DNA of 14,912 bases from Deltaproteobacteria bacterium TL4 (GCA_051382335.1 JBBCAX010000189.1:1-14912), one strand, 5' to 3'; positions 7,989 to 14,912 are shown, counted from the stretch's first letter. The notes: generated by a model from the sequence alone, not told the origin. A program made the numbers and translations.

Positions 7989-8189
7989 TTAAGCATAGAA
8001 ATAGTCCGGAAACATTAGTTCTTCCGGCGTACTTGCTTTTCGTACCCCTTTAATTAAAGGTTCACAGCACTTGGCATAGGCTTTCTCAAGATCACAAGGA
8101 CAAGCGCTCAACGCGTCTTCCCCGAAGACTAATGAATTCTCAGCATCAGTGGACTTCCTTATTTCTGAAACAATATTCATATGATTCAT
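7989..8189 (-). pseudogene. ychJ: Truncated YchJ family (SEC-C-like N-terminus) fragment
   Basis: 'CPC...AY..CCEPLIKG.RKASTPEELM' matches the YchJ N-terminus. The expected 'RSRYSAY' and NTF2-like domain are absent, and the ORF stops 7 codons later. The other two frames do not restore it. Confidence 0.7.
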
Positions 8190-8229
8190 CCCTTATTCTG
8201 ATTTATAACAGTCAGAAGATAAACTACCT

Positions 8230-8448
8230 TCAAGCTTGCCTCATACAACCAAATCCTTGTTGTTCACAACTGTTACAATTTGAAGCGGGCGTACTCTGAC
8301 TGGAATTGATCGCAAACCCGCTGAGTAAACGCTCTTGAGTCTCTTGTCCGCACTGAGGACATTCAATGGGAGCATCCATTTCCGCGCTGGAACGCAGTTC
8401 TGTAAAAACATCATTGCAATGACTACATTTGTATTCATAAAGAGGCAT
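8230..8448 (-). CDS. FmdB-family zinc ribbon protein (CxxC_CxxC_SSSS)
   Basis: MPLYEYKCSHC...F...CPQCG...RLLSGF, Ser-rich linker and C-terminal CxxC. SD AGGAG precedes ATG 8448. Confidence 0.92.
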   Translation of the reverse strand: MPLYEYKCSHCNDVFTELRSSAEMDAPIECPQCGQETQERLLSGFAINSSQSTPASNCNSCEQQGFGCMRQA

Positions 8449-8475
8449 ATTTTTCTCCTGTTTTGTAAGAAAGTG

Positions 8476-8525
8476 GTAGGGGACTACGTGCCCCTCACTT
8501 TGCCGGGCATGTAATCCCGGCCTAC
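8476..8525. repeat. REP-like doublet of two dissimilar GTAG-led hairpins in inverted orientation
   Basis: Plus strand: GTAG then AGGGG/CCCCT hairpin (8476-8495). Minus strand: GTAG then GCCGGG-N8-CCCGGC (8525-8502). Ends are complementary (TGGTAGG/CCTACCA). Confidence 0.55.
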
Positions 8526-8547
8526 CAATTACTTTCATGCTTCGTTG

Positions 8548-8561
8548 TGAGACTTGTCTCA
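8548..8561. promoter_or_regulatory. Palindrome TGAGAC-TT-GTCTCA, operator candidate
   Basis: Perfect 6-bp half-sites with a 2-nt spacer, about 100 bp upstream of the FmdB start. Confidence 0.35.
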
Positions 8562-8726
8562 TGGGGGTTAAAAAGATACAGACGACATAAGGTATAGAAT
8601 AACTGAGGCATTAGACCATACTTCAGAAACAGACACAACATGAATTACCGCTGTGAAGGGGACAATTATGATTTCCTGAAAAAGTGACAACCGAGGAGGT
8701 TTTAGAATCGTACCATAACTCACCCG

Positions 8727-8765
8727 TTTAACGCAGAAACGCCGAGAACGCAAAGTTAGGCAGAG
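8727..8765. repeat. Degenerate short-period ACGCAGAG(A)-type tandem repeat
   Basis: acgcagaa / acgccgaga / acgcaaagt / taggcagag, immediately downstream of the CARDB gene stop. Confidence 0.55.
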
Positions 8766-8776
8766 GAACTTATTAT

Positions 8777-10045
8777 TTATTCCGCGTCAGCTTTGATAGA
8801 AAAACTACGCACCTCCGAAAACGCCTGTTTGCCATCTGAACGGCGTCCTACAACGCGCCAAGAAACATCTGCTTTTCCAAAGGTACTCATGAGTCCTTGC
8901 GCCATTTTGGGTAACTCTCCTGAGAGCGGGACCAGTTCCTTATCGGCAATCCAGCGATCCCCTTGCGGAAGATCAAAAAATGTTCCTACGTCTTCGAACT
9001 TGGAGTCAATGCCAATCTGCAGTTTAAACTCTCCAAAAGCCAGACTATCCCATTGAAAAAGAAAGAGACCTTTTTCCTCGAAAACAAATCGATCGGGAGG
9101 AATATGCAGTTTGATGTCACTCAGAAGTATTACCGCCGAGAGTTTTTCATTGTTTTCTTCATGGCTTTCTTTGATTTCGTTTTGAGGATCCGCAACCCCG
9201 ACAATGACATACTCTCCCAGAAGCTGATCCTCAGGAAGTTTATATTCCCGCTCAAAGGTAATGGTTTCTCCAGGAGCCATCACATCGACGGAAGGGGTGG
9301 CAATCGTGGTTCTTCGGAGAGGGAGTCGTTTGTTATAATAGTCCACACGGGTTTGAACATTCTGGATGATATCCCCGCCGACATTGATCAAATCCAGTCG
9401 AATTCTGAAGGTTTCTTCTCTCAAAACGTGTTTTGGAATGACTTGAACCTGTTCCCATCTTAAATCGGGCAGGTCAAACTCGATATTTCGATCAGGACTT
9501 TCTTGCGCCTCCGTTCGTTTTTTCTTCTGTGCTTTCTCTTTTATTTCAACAAGATCGGACTCCTTAAAGACTCGAAAACTCCGGTTGACGCCATAAGCAG
9601 AACTTTTGATTTTTGCCTTAAAGTCTTTATCCCAAAGCTGTGCGCTGACTTGAAACAATCCACCCCCATGTTTGGGAATCAAAAAACTATGTAAGACCCG
9701 TGTTTGATCTAAGGGGAAAATTTTTTTTGTAGTCAGAGGCAGACTAGGCGTGACCAGTTTACCATCCAGAGTTAATACCGTCTCAATGCCAACGGTATGT
9801 GTGCTTTTGGAAAGATTGATGACGGTGATTTGGATTAATTGCGTGTCTTCTTCGTGCGGGCATTCAGGGTTTTCGATGTATTTCAAAATGAGTTGAGGCT
9901 CACTGGTATCGGGACAGTTTTTAGAAACGACGATCGACACAATATCGAGCGGAAGTGGAGGTTCTGCCTGTGAATACGGTACGAACATCAACAATCCGCC
10001 TAAGAGGAAGCAGGCACCTCGAATAGCCAAGAATAACGATTTCAT
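8777..10045 (-). CDS. Secreted CARDB (Ig-like) domain protein
   Basis: Signal peptide (..VPYSQA/EP). CARDB signature 'LPDL...IRLDLINVGG...MAPGET...GEYVIVGVADPQNEIKESHEENNE'. Alternative start 10054. Confidence 0.8.
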   Translation of the reverse strand: MKSLFLAIRGACFLLGGLLMFVPYSQAEPPLPLDIVSIVVSKNCPDTSEPQLILKYIENPECPHEEDTQLIQITVINLSKSTHTVGIETVLTLDGKLVTPSLPLTTKKIFPLDQTRVLHSFLIPKHGGGLFQVSAQLWDKDFKAKIKSSAYGVNRSFRVFKESDLVEIKEKAQKKKRTEAQESPDRNIEFDLPDLRWEQVQVIPKHVLREETFRIRLDLINVGGDIIQNVQTRVDYYNKRLPLRRTTIATPSVDVMAPGETITFEREYKLPEDQLLGEYVIVGVADPQNEIKESHEENNEKLSAVILLSDIKLHIPPDRFVFEEKGLFLFQWDSLAFGEFKLQIGIDSKFEDVGTFFDLPQGDRWIADKELVPLSGELPKMAQGLMSTFGKADVSWRVVGRRSDGKQAFSEVRSFSIKADAE

Positions 10046-10135
10046 GTGAACCATAGGGAAACGTCTGTAACCGGATTTTTAGGATAGGATTCAGGATAAC
10101 GATGTTCCAACTGTATGCACAATACGTACAAGACC

Positions 10136-10945
10136 TTAAGGTTCTTTTTGATAAAGTTGAGATAAATTACTCGGTTTTTCACTCTGAAGCACTTGCATTT
10201 CATAAAGTTTGGCTTCTTTAAGGAATGACGAATAGGCTGAACTGATGGCAATGATCAACCCCTGTAAGCCATCCAGGAATCCTCTTTTGAACCAATAAAG
10301 CTCGAAAAATTTACTGAGCGGTTTTAGCCATAAACGCCAGAGCGCAAATTTTTGTCCTTTGTTGTAACGGGCTAACGCGGCAATGCTCGAAAAATGGTTG
10401 ATGGTGTGAACTTGATCCGAGAGATCTTCAAAGCTCAAGTGAATGAGATCTCCTGATAGCGTGGTTCCGGCACCATTCAAAATCAAACAATCATGCGGGT
10501 TTTCCCCTCCCCATTGGGCATAGCCTTTTTTAATGAGTCGATACCGCGCATTGGGATACCAGCCGCCATGTTTTATCGCACGATGCATGTGGTAGGTGAG
10601 TCGGGGGAACTGTGCGCCGACCGCTTTGGAGGAACTGTTGAGGAAGGACTCTATGGATTGTTGAAGCTCAGGACTCACACGTTCATCCGCATCAATACAG
10701 AGAATCCACTCAGCGTTGCAGTAGTCAAGGGCTCTGTTTTTTTGTTGGATATGCCCCTCAAAAGGGTGCTGGAAAAACCGCACCTTGGGATGACTTCGGC
10801 AGATGGTTTCCGTGGCATCCGTACTCAGCGAGTCCAATACCACAATTTCATCAACAAATGGAGCGACAGAATTCAAACAATCCTGAATTCTCTTTTCCTC
10901 ATTGTAGGTGATCACTGCTGCCGCTATAGTTGGTCCTTGTCCCAT
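10136..10945 (-). CDS. Glycosyltransferase family 2 (WaaE/KdtX-like LPS beta-1,4-glucosyltransferase group)
   Basis: VITYNEEKRI..CL.SV, EIVVLDSLSTDAT, QKNRAL, WILCIDADERVSPEL, HGGWYP, GFLDG..GLIIA. Confidence 0.93.
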   Translation of the reverse strand: MGQGPTIAAAVITYNEEKRIQDCLNSVAPFVDEIVVLDSLSTDATETICRSHPKVRFFQHPFEGHIQQKNRALDYCNAEWILCIDADERVSPELQQSIESFLNSSSKAVGAQFPRLTYHMHRAIKHGGWYPNARYRLIKKGYAQWGGENPHDCLILNGAGTTLSGDLIHLSFEDLSDQVHTINHFSSIAALARYNKGQKFALWRLWLKPLSKFFELYWFKRGFLDGLQGLIIAISSAYSSFLKEAKLYEMQVLQSEKPSNLSQLYQKEP

Positions 10946-11043
10946 GGGGAGTGTGCCTCATCAAAGTTAACATAAAGTTTATCGAGATCTGATGCTGATC
11001 CTACCAGTTTGAAGGAAGGATTTTTGATGCACAGGCCTAAAGC

Positions 11044-11218
11044 AAACTTATGCTGAAAAAATTCAGAATGCCAGTCAATTCAGGAGAATCATTGAGGTTC
11101 TGAAGGAGAGGCCTCTCGCGTTAATTTTTCTAGCAATCCGCCTTGGCTGCTCCGGACTAAAAAGGCAATAACACTCCGATGAATTGACTGGCATTCTGAA
11201 TTTTTTCAGCATAAGTTT
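11044..11218. repeat. 175-bp element with perfect 39-bp terminal inverted repeats (MITE, inverton or structured RNA candidate)
   Basis: AAACTTATGCTGAAAAAATTCAGAATGCCAGTCAATTCA at 11044-11082 and its exact reverse complement at 11180-11218, separated by a 97-nt spacer. Confidence 0.9.
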
Positions 11219-11343
11219 CCATGGGGTGGGAAGACAGGTAACCTTTGAAGAGATCGGCCTGTGTTTTGAACAATGAACCTCGAGACTCCACGGTTTCCAC
11301 AACAAACGGACGTCGTGACCTTTGAAAACAAACGAAGAAGAAA

Positions 11344-12411
11344 ATGGAAAAACGCTTAAATGAAATTTTGCTTGAATATTTAAGAATTCCCAGCGAACTC
11401 ACACAAGAAAAAGAATTCTGTGATCATTTGGAAAATCGGTTTCAGCAAAAGGCCCCTTACCTGGAATGCTTTCGACTGAATCATAACCTGGTTTTGAGAT
11501 CCCCCTTCCGGACAAATTTTCCGACTTTAGGATGGTTTGGACACATTGATACCGTTGCGCCACACGAAGATCGCTCCCCTTATGAAGATGAAACCTGTTT
11601 GAGGGGATGTGGTGCCAGCGATATGAAGGGCGGACTGGCCGTAATGACCGCTTTGCTGGAAAATCAGGAACTGATTCAAAAAACACCCGTAAATTTTGTG
11701 TTTGTTTTTTATGAGCAGGAAGAAGGGGATTACCTCAAAAATGGCTTACAACCGGTACTGGAGCATTTTGGCTTTTTACAAAAAATTGAATTGGGCTTTG
11801 CCTTGGAGCCCACCAATAATGTAGTTCAAAATGGTTGTTTGGGAGGCCTCCATGCCCAAATCACCTTTCACGGTAAAAGGGCGCATAGTGCCCGTCCCTG
11901 GGAAGGCGAAAACGCCATTCATAAAGCGGCTCCTTTGCTCACACAGTTGGCCCTGAGGGATCGTCGTCCTGTGGAATTGGGTGGCCTGACTTTTTATGAA
12001 GTGATGAGCGCGACTTTGGCTCAAGGAGGTAACGTCCGAAACGCCATACCCGAAAAATTTGTCATCAATGTGAATTACCGCTTTGCTCCTGGCAAAACTA
12101 TTGAAACCGCAAAGCAAGAAGTCCTGACCTTGGTGGGAGAACAGGCGAAGGTCGAGTTTGTTGATGAAAGTCCTTCGGGACCCTGTTATGTAAATAACGC
12201 CTTGCTTCAAAAATTTTTGAAAATAACAGGCGTGGCTCAAGCGCCTAAACAAGCTTGGACTGATGTGGCGAGGCTGGCCTTGTTTCATATTCCCGCAATC
12301 AACTTTGGACCTGGTGATACGGCACAAGCGCATCAACCAAACGAAAAAATTTCCAAAGCCGGTTTATGGGGAAATTATCAACACTTTATCAATTTTTTAG
12401 AGCGTTGCTGA
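11344..12411 (+). CDS. dapE: Succinyl-diaminopimelate desuccinylase, M20 family (actinobacterial/myxobacterial type)
   Basis: GHIDTV, GCGASDMKGG, FYEQEE, LEPT, GCLG, AHSARPWEGENAIH, NYRFAP, KQAWTDVAR, NFGPGD..AH..NE. Confidence 0.88.
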   Translation: MEKRLNEILLEYLRIPSELTQEKEFCDHLENRFQQKAPYLECFRLNHNLVLRSPFRTNFPTLGWFGHIDTVAPHEDRSPYEDETCLRGCGASDMKGGLAVMTALLENQELIQKTPVNFVFVFYEQEEGDYLKNGLQPVLEHFGFLQKIELGFALEPTNNVVQNGCLGGLHAQITFHGKRAHSARPWEGENAIHKAAPLLTQLALRDRRPVELGGLTFYEVMSATLAQGGNVRNAIPEKFVINVNYRFAPGKTIETAKQEVLTLVGEQAKVEFVDESPSGPCYVNNALLQKFLKITGVAQAPKQAWTDVARLALFHIPAINFGPGDTAQAHQPNEKISKAGLWGNYQHFINFLERC

Positions 12412-13530
12412 ATGACTAAAACACGCATTGTGATCAAAGTGGGGACGAATGTTTTACAACGTCCCAATGGAAAGTTGGACTATAACGTCATCAGTGAATT
12501 GGGGGATCAGCTTGCCGCCATTCATGAAAAAGGGTTCCAAGTGGTCTTGGTCTCTTCTGGCGCGGTAGGGGCAGGCAAAGAGTTAGTCCATTTCGAAAAA
12601 GAGAAACGTTCGCTGTTGCGAAAACAAATGACTGCGGCCGTGGGGCAGGTTCGTTTGATGCAAATCTACTCCGATTTTTTCCTCGAACACAGGATCCTGA
12701 TTGCCCAAATCTTGCTGACACGAGCCGATTTTGGTAACCGGGTTTCTTATTTGAATGTTCGTAATACCCTTGAAGGATTGTTGAGTGCCCAAGTGCTCCC
12801 CATTATTAACGAAAATGATGTGGTTGCTACGGAGGAACTAGAATCCAAGTTTGGGGATAATGATTTACTGGCGGTCTATGTCGCGGCCCTGATTGGTGCG
12901 GATCGTTTGTTCTTTTTAACAACAGCCCGTGGTTTCTTGAAATTGGATGAAAATGGAGGCGGAGAAACCTTAATCCCTGTCGTGGAAACGTATCATGAGG
13001 ATTTACTTCAGTTATGCCATTCCAATTTGTCCAAAGGCGGAACCGGCGGCATGTTGAGCAAAGTAAAAGCCGCGGGGATGGCGATGTCTTTTGGGATTCA
13101 TGCCCACATCCTCTATGGGAAAGAACAAAACGCGGTACTCCGTGTTTTAGAAAATGAGAAAATTGGAACTCATTTTCTTGCCAGCGGCAAAAAAATTAAA
13201 AATTATCAAAAATGGCTGGCGGCAGGTGCTTTAAGTAAAGGGAAAATAGTCATTGATCCAGGCGCGGAGCAGGCCTTACGGAATAAAAAAAGCTTATTGG
13301 CCAAGGGGATTGTGACGGTTGAAGGGCACTTCGAAGTTAAAGATTTGGTAGGGCTTTTCAATCAAACTGGGGAAAAGATTGGTGTCGGTCAAGTCAGGTT
13401 ATCCGAAAAAGAACTGAAACAACAACTCCAGGTGATGCGTGATTTAGAAAAATCAAATTCCTCTGAAAACAAGAATGAGCACAGTTTTGTTAAAGTGGTC
13501 ATTCACTGTGATCATCTTTTTTTACAATAA
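12412..13530 (+). CDS. proB: Glutamate 5-kinase with C-terminal PUA domain
   Basis: RIVIKVGT, VSSGAVGAG, AAVGQ..L, AQILLT..D, PIINEND.V, FGDND.L, GTGGM.SK..AA, KW; the PUA region begins at 'GKIVIDPGA..AL'. Confidence 0.96.
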   Translation: MTKTRIVIKVGTNVLQRPNGKLDYNVISELGDQLAAIHEKGFQVVLVSSGAVGAGKELVHFEKEKRSLLRKQMTAAVGQVRLMQIYSDFFLEHRILIAQILLTRADFGNRVSYLNVRNTLEGLLSAQVLPIINENDVVATEELESKFGDNDLLAVYVAALIGADRLFFLTTARGFLKLDENGGGETLIPVVETYHEDLLQLCHSNLSKGGTGGMLSKVKAAGMAMSFGIHAHILYGKEQNAVLRVLENEKIGTHFLASGKKIKNYQKWLAAGALSKGKIVIDPGAEQALRNKKSLLAKGIVTVEGHFEVKDLVGLFNQTGEKIGVGQVRLSEKELKQQLQVMRDLEKSNSSENKNEHSFVKVVIHCDHLFLQ

Positions 13531-13535
13531 TTACC

Positions 13536-14618
13536 ATGCGAGATCTGTTTTATCAAACCCTTATCACTACGTTGGAACATACACCCCAAATTGTGCTGCA
13601 ACAGTCAGTGAAACTTGTCCATACCGCCACTCAGATTCCGGTCGGTTGGTTTTCCTTACTGTCAGGAGAAACGGACGTTCAGGAAGGACGTATTTTACAT
13701 CCCCAATTTCAAATGCTGATCCGGTTGAATGAGTTATTTCCCAGTTTGGAAAAAGCGACTGTTGTGAATGCCCGTCAATTTTTAAAGATTTTGGGAACAC
13801 TGTTTTCCCGAAATAATCGGAAAATGAGGTTTGTCAAAAACTTAAGTATTCCCGGAGTAGTTCAACCGATTCCGCTTCGTGTCTATATTCCCAAAACGCT
13901 GGTTAAACCCGCGCCTGTATTGATCTATTTTCATGGTGGCGGATGGACGGTGGGTGATTTGGATACTCATGACGGGTTATGTCGGCTGTTTGCGGAAGAA
14001 GGACGGTTTGTGGTTGTGGCTGTTGATTATCGGCTGGCACCGGAACACAAATTTCCCGCGGCCTTGGAGGATGCCTATACCGCTTATTTGTGGATACGTC
14101 GAAATGTTTCCCAGCTTGAGGGCCATCCTTCAAAAATTGCGGTAGGCGGTGACAGTGTTGGCGCCAATCTGGCAACCTTGGTGTGTTATCGGGCAAAGCT
14201 GGATAACCTTCCCCTCCCTTGTTACCAGATGTTACTTTATCCTGTAACGGATCTCCGTGTTCGAACGAGATCTTATGATGTTTTTAAAGAAGGCTTTTTC
14301 CTCACTCGCTCGATGATGAAGTGGTTTATTGAAAATTATCTCAATGATCCGACTGAAGCGTCTAACCCTCAAGCCTCACCGTTACTCATCAAAAATTTAA
14401 AGGGGTTTCCTCCAACTTTATTGACCACCGCAGGCTTTGATCCCTTACATGACGAAGGGGCTATTTATGCCGAACGTCTTAGAGCGGCGGACGTGCCGGT
14501 GACTTATAAAAGTTATGACGGCTTTCCGCATGCCTATCTTAATTTTATCGACATTGTCCCTGCTGTCAATGATGCCCTCCTTGAAACTGTCAAGGATCTG
14601 CGATCCGCCTTGTTCTGA
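13536..14618 (+). CDS. Alpha/beta hydrolase, HSL family (family IV) esterase/lipase
   Basis: YFHGGGW, VDYRLAPEHKFPAA..D, nucleophile elbow GDSVG, LLYP, ASPL, FDPLHDEG..YA..L, catalytic His in PHAY. Confidence 0.93.
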   Translation: MRDLFYQTLITTLEHTPQIVLQQSVKLVHTATQIPVGWFSLLSGETDVQEGRILHPQFQMLIRLNELFPSLEKATVVNARQFLKILGTLFSRNNRKMRFVKNLSIPGVVQPIPLRVYIPKTLVKPAPVLIYFHGGGWTVGDLDTHDGLCRLFAEEGRFVVVAVDYRLAPEHKFPAALEDAYTAYLWIRRNVSQLEGHPSKIAVGGDSVGANLATLVCYRAKLDNLPLPCYQMLLYPVTDLRVRTRSYDVFKEGFFLTRSMMKWFIENYLNDPTEASNPQASPLLIKNLKGFPPTLLTTAGFDPLHDEGAIYAERLRAADVPVTYKSYDGFPHAYLNFIDIVPAVNDALLETVKDLRSALF

Positions 14619-14812
14619 CATCCTCTGAAACAATCACCTCCCTTAATTTGCGAAGACTGTCGGCAAAACAGAACAAGAGGTCTATGGGCGCATCTAAAGA
14701 CACGGGGAGGCTTCGTTCTCCTTGGGAAATGGGTTTGGGGTTCTGATTTTTTCCCACCTGTGCAGGTACCTTTTTTTGGCTACTGGCCTAAGACGGGACA
14801 GCCATCATTTCA

Positions 14813-14900
14813 GTAGGTTGGGTAGAGCGGTAGCGAAACCCAACATCCAGGCAGTAATGTCCGTTTTTCGTTGGGTTTCGCTACGCTCTACCCAACCTAC
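14813..14900. repeat. GTAG-family REP doublet (REPIN)
   Basis: GTAGGTTGGGTAGAGCGGTAGCGAAACCCAAC (14813-14844) and an inverted copy at 14870-14900 differing by a 1-nt indel, with a 25-nt spacer. Each arm is GTAG plus a GTTGGGT/ACCCAAC palindrome. Confidence 0.88.
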
Positions 14901-14912
14901 GTTTTTGTCCCA

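Noticed and set aside
8474..8527. tRNA-like fold ending in CCA on the minus strand
   Set aside because: Only about 54 nt with two arms, no TTC T-loop or D-loop, and the CC is base-paired.
8230..8562. 110-aa long version of the zinc ribbon ORF
   Set aside because: The family starts at MPxYEY, and an SD (AGGAG) precedes ATG 8448. The extension simply reads through the REP-like element.
11030..11058. dif/Xer-like site (GCCTAA-N7-TTATGCTGAAA; 8/11 match to the XerD arm) at the left end of the IR element
   Set aside because: The XerC arm matches poorly, the spacer is 7 rather than 6 nt, and the right end lacks a matching outer arm and an identical spacer.
11075..11402. Small minus-strand ORFs 11075-11305 and 11157-11402 across the IR element
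   Set aside because: Non-ATG or overlapping starts, no clear SD, no homology cues; most likely chance frames.
8963..12336. Long opposite-strand ORFs 8963-9463, 10493-10975 and 11776-12336
   Set aside because: Each lies almost entirely antisense to a well-supported gene and has no recognisable motifs.
14779..14804. GGCTACTGGCCTAAG...GACAGCC resembling the P2 of a c-di-GMP-I riboswitch
   Set aside because: No upstream GGCAAA/GAAA-tetraloop P1 or GACGCAAA linker.
1..14912. CRISPR array, retron/DGR or prophage
   Set aside because: No regularly spaced repeats, cas, RT, integrase or phage structural genes are visible.

Overview
Gene-dense, moderately AT-rich bacterial chromosomal window. The gene mix (TIGR02147 regulator, UshA-like multiheme cytochrome, FmdB zinc ribbon, actinobacterial/myxobacterial-type DapE) suggests a deltaproteobacterial/SAR324-like lineage; this is inference. 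Left to right: an MMPL/RND-type gene truncated at a putative IS end, a TIGR02147 regulator plus lipoprotein pair, a metallophosphoesterase-like/tetraheme cytochrome c fusion, prfC, yehS (DUF1456), a solitary LexA/CI-like S24 repressor, a truncated ychJ, an FmdB zinc ribbon gene, a secreted CARDB protein, a GT2 glycosyltransferase, and a dapE-proB-esterase operon. I found no CRISPR array, rRNA, tRNA, integrase, reverse transcriptase or complete transposase. The most striking unexplained structure is a 175-bp element (11044-11218) with perfect 39-bp inverted arms around a 97-nt hairpin-rich core, lying between the divergent GT2 and dapE genes. Other non-coding signals include two different GTAG-type REP doublets, a candidate structured RNA at about 400-525, and a 13-bp near-direct repeat bracketing the TIGR02147-lipoprotein pair. 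All family assignments come from motif recognition by eye, not database searches.
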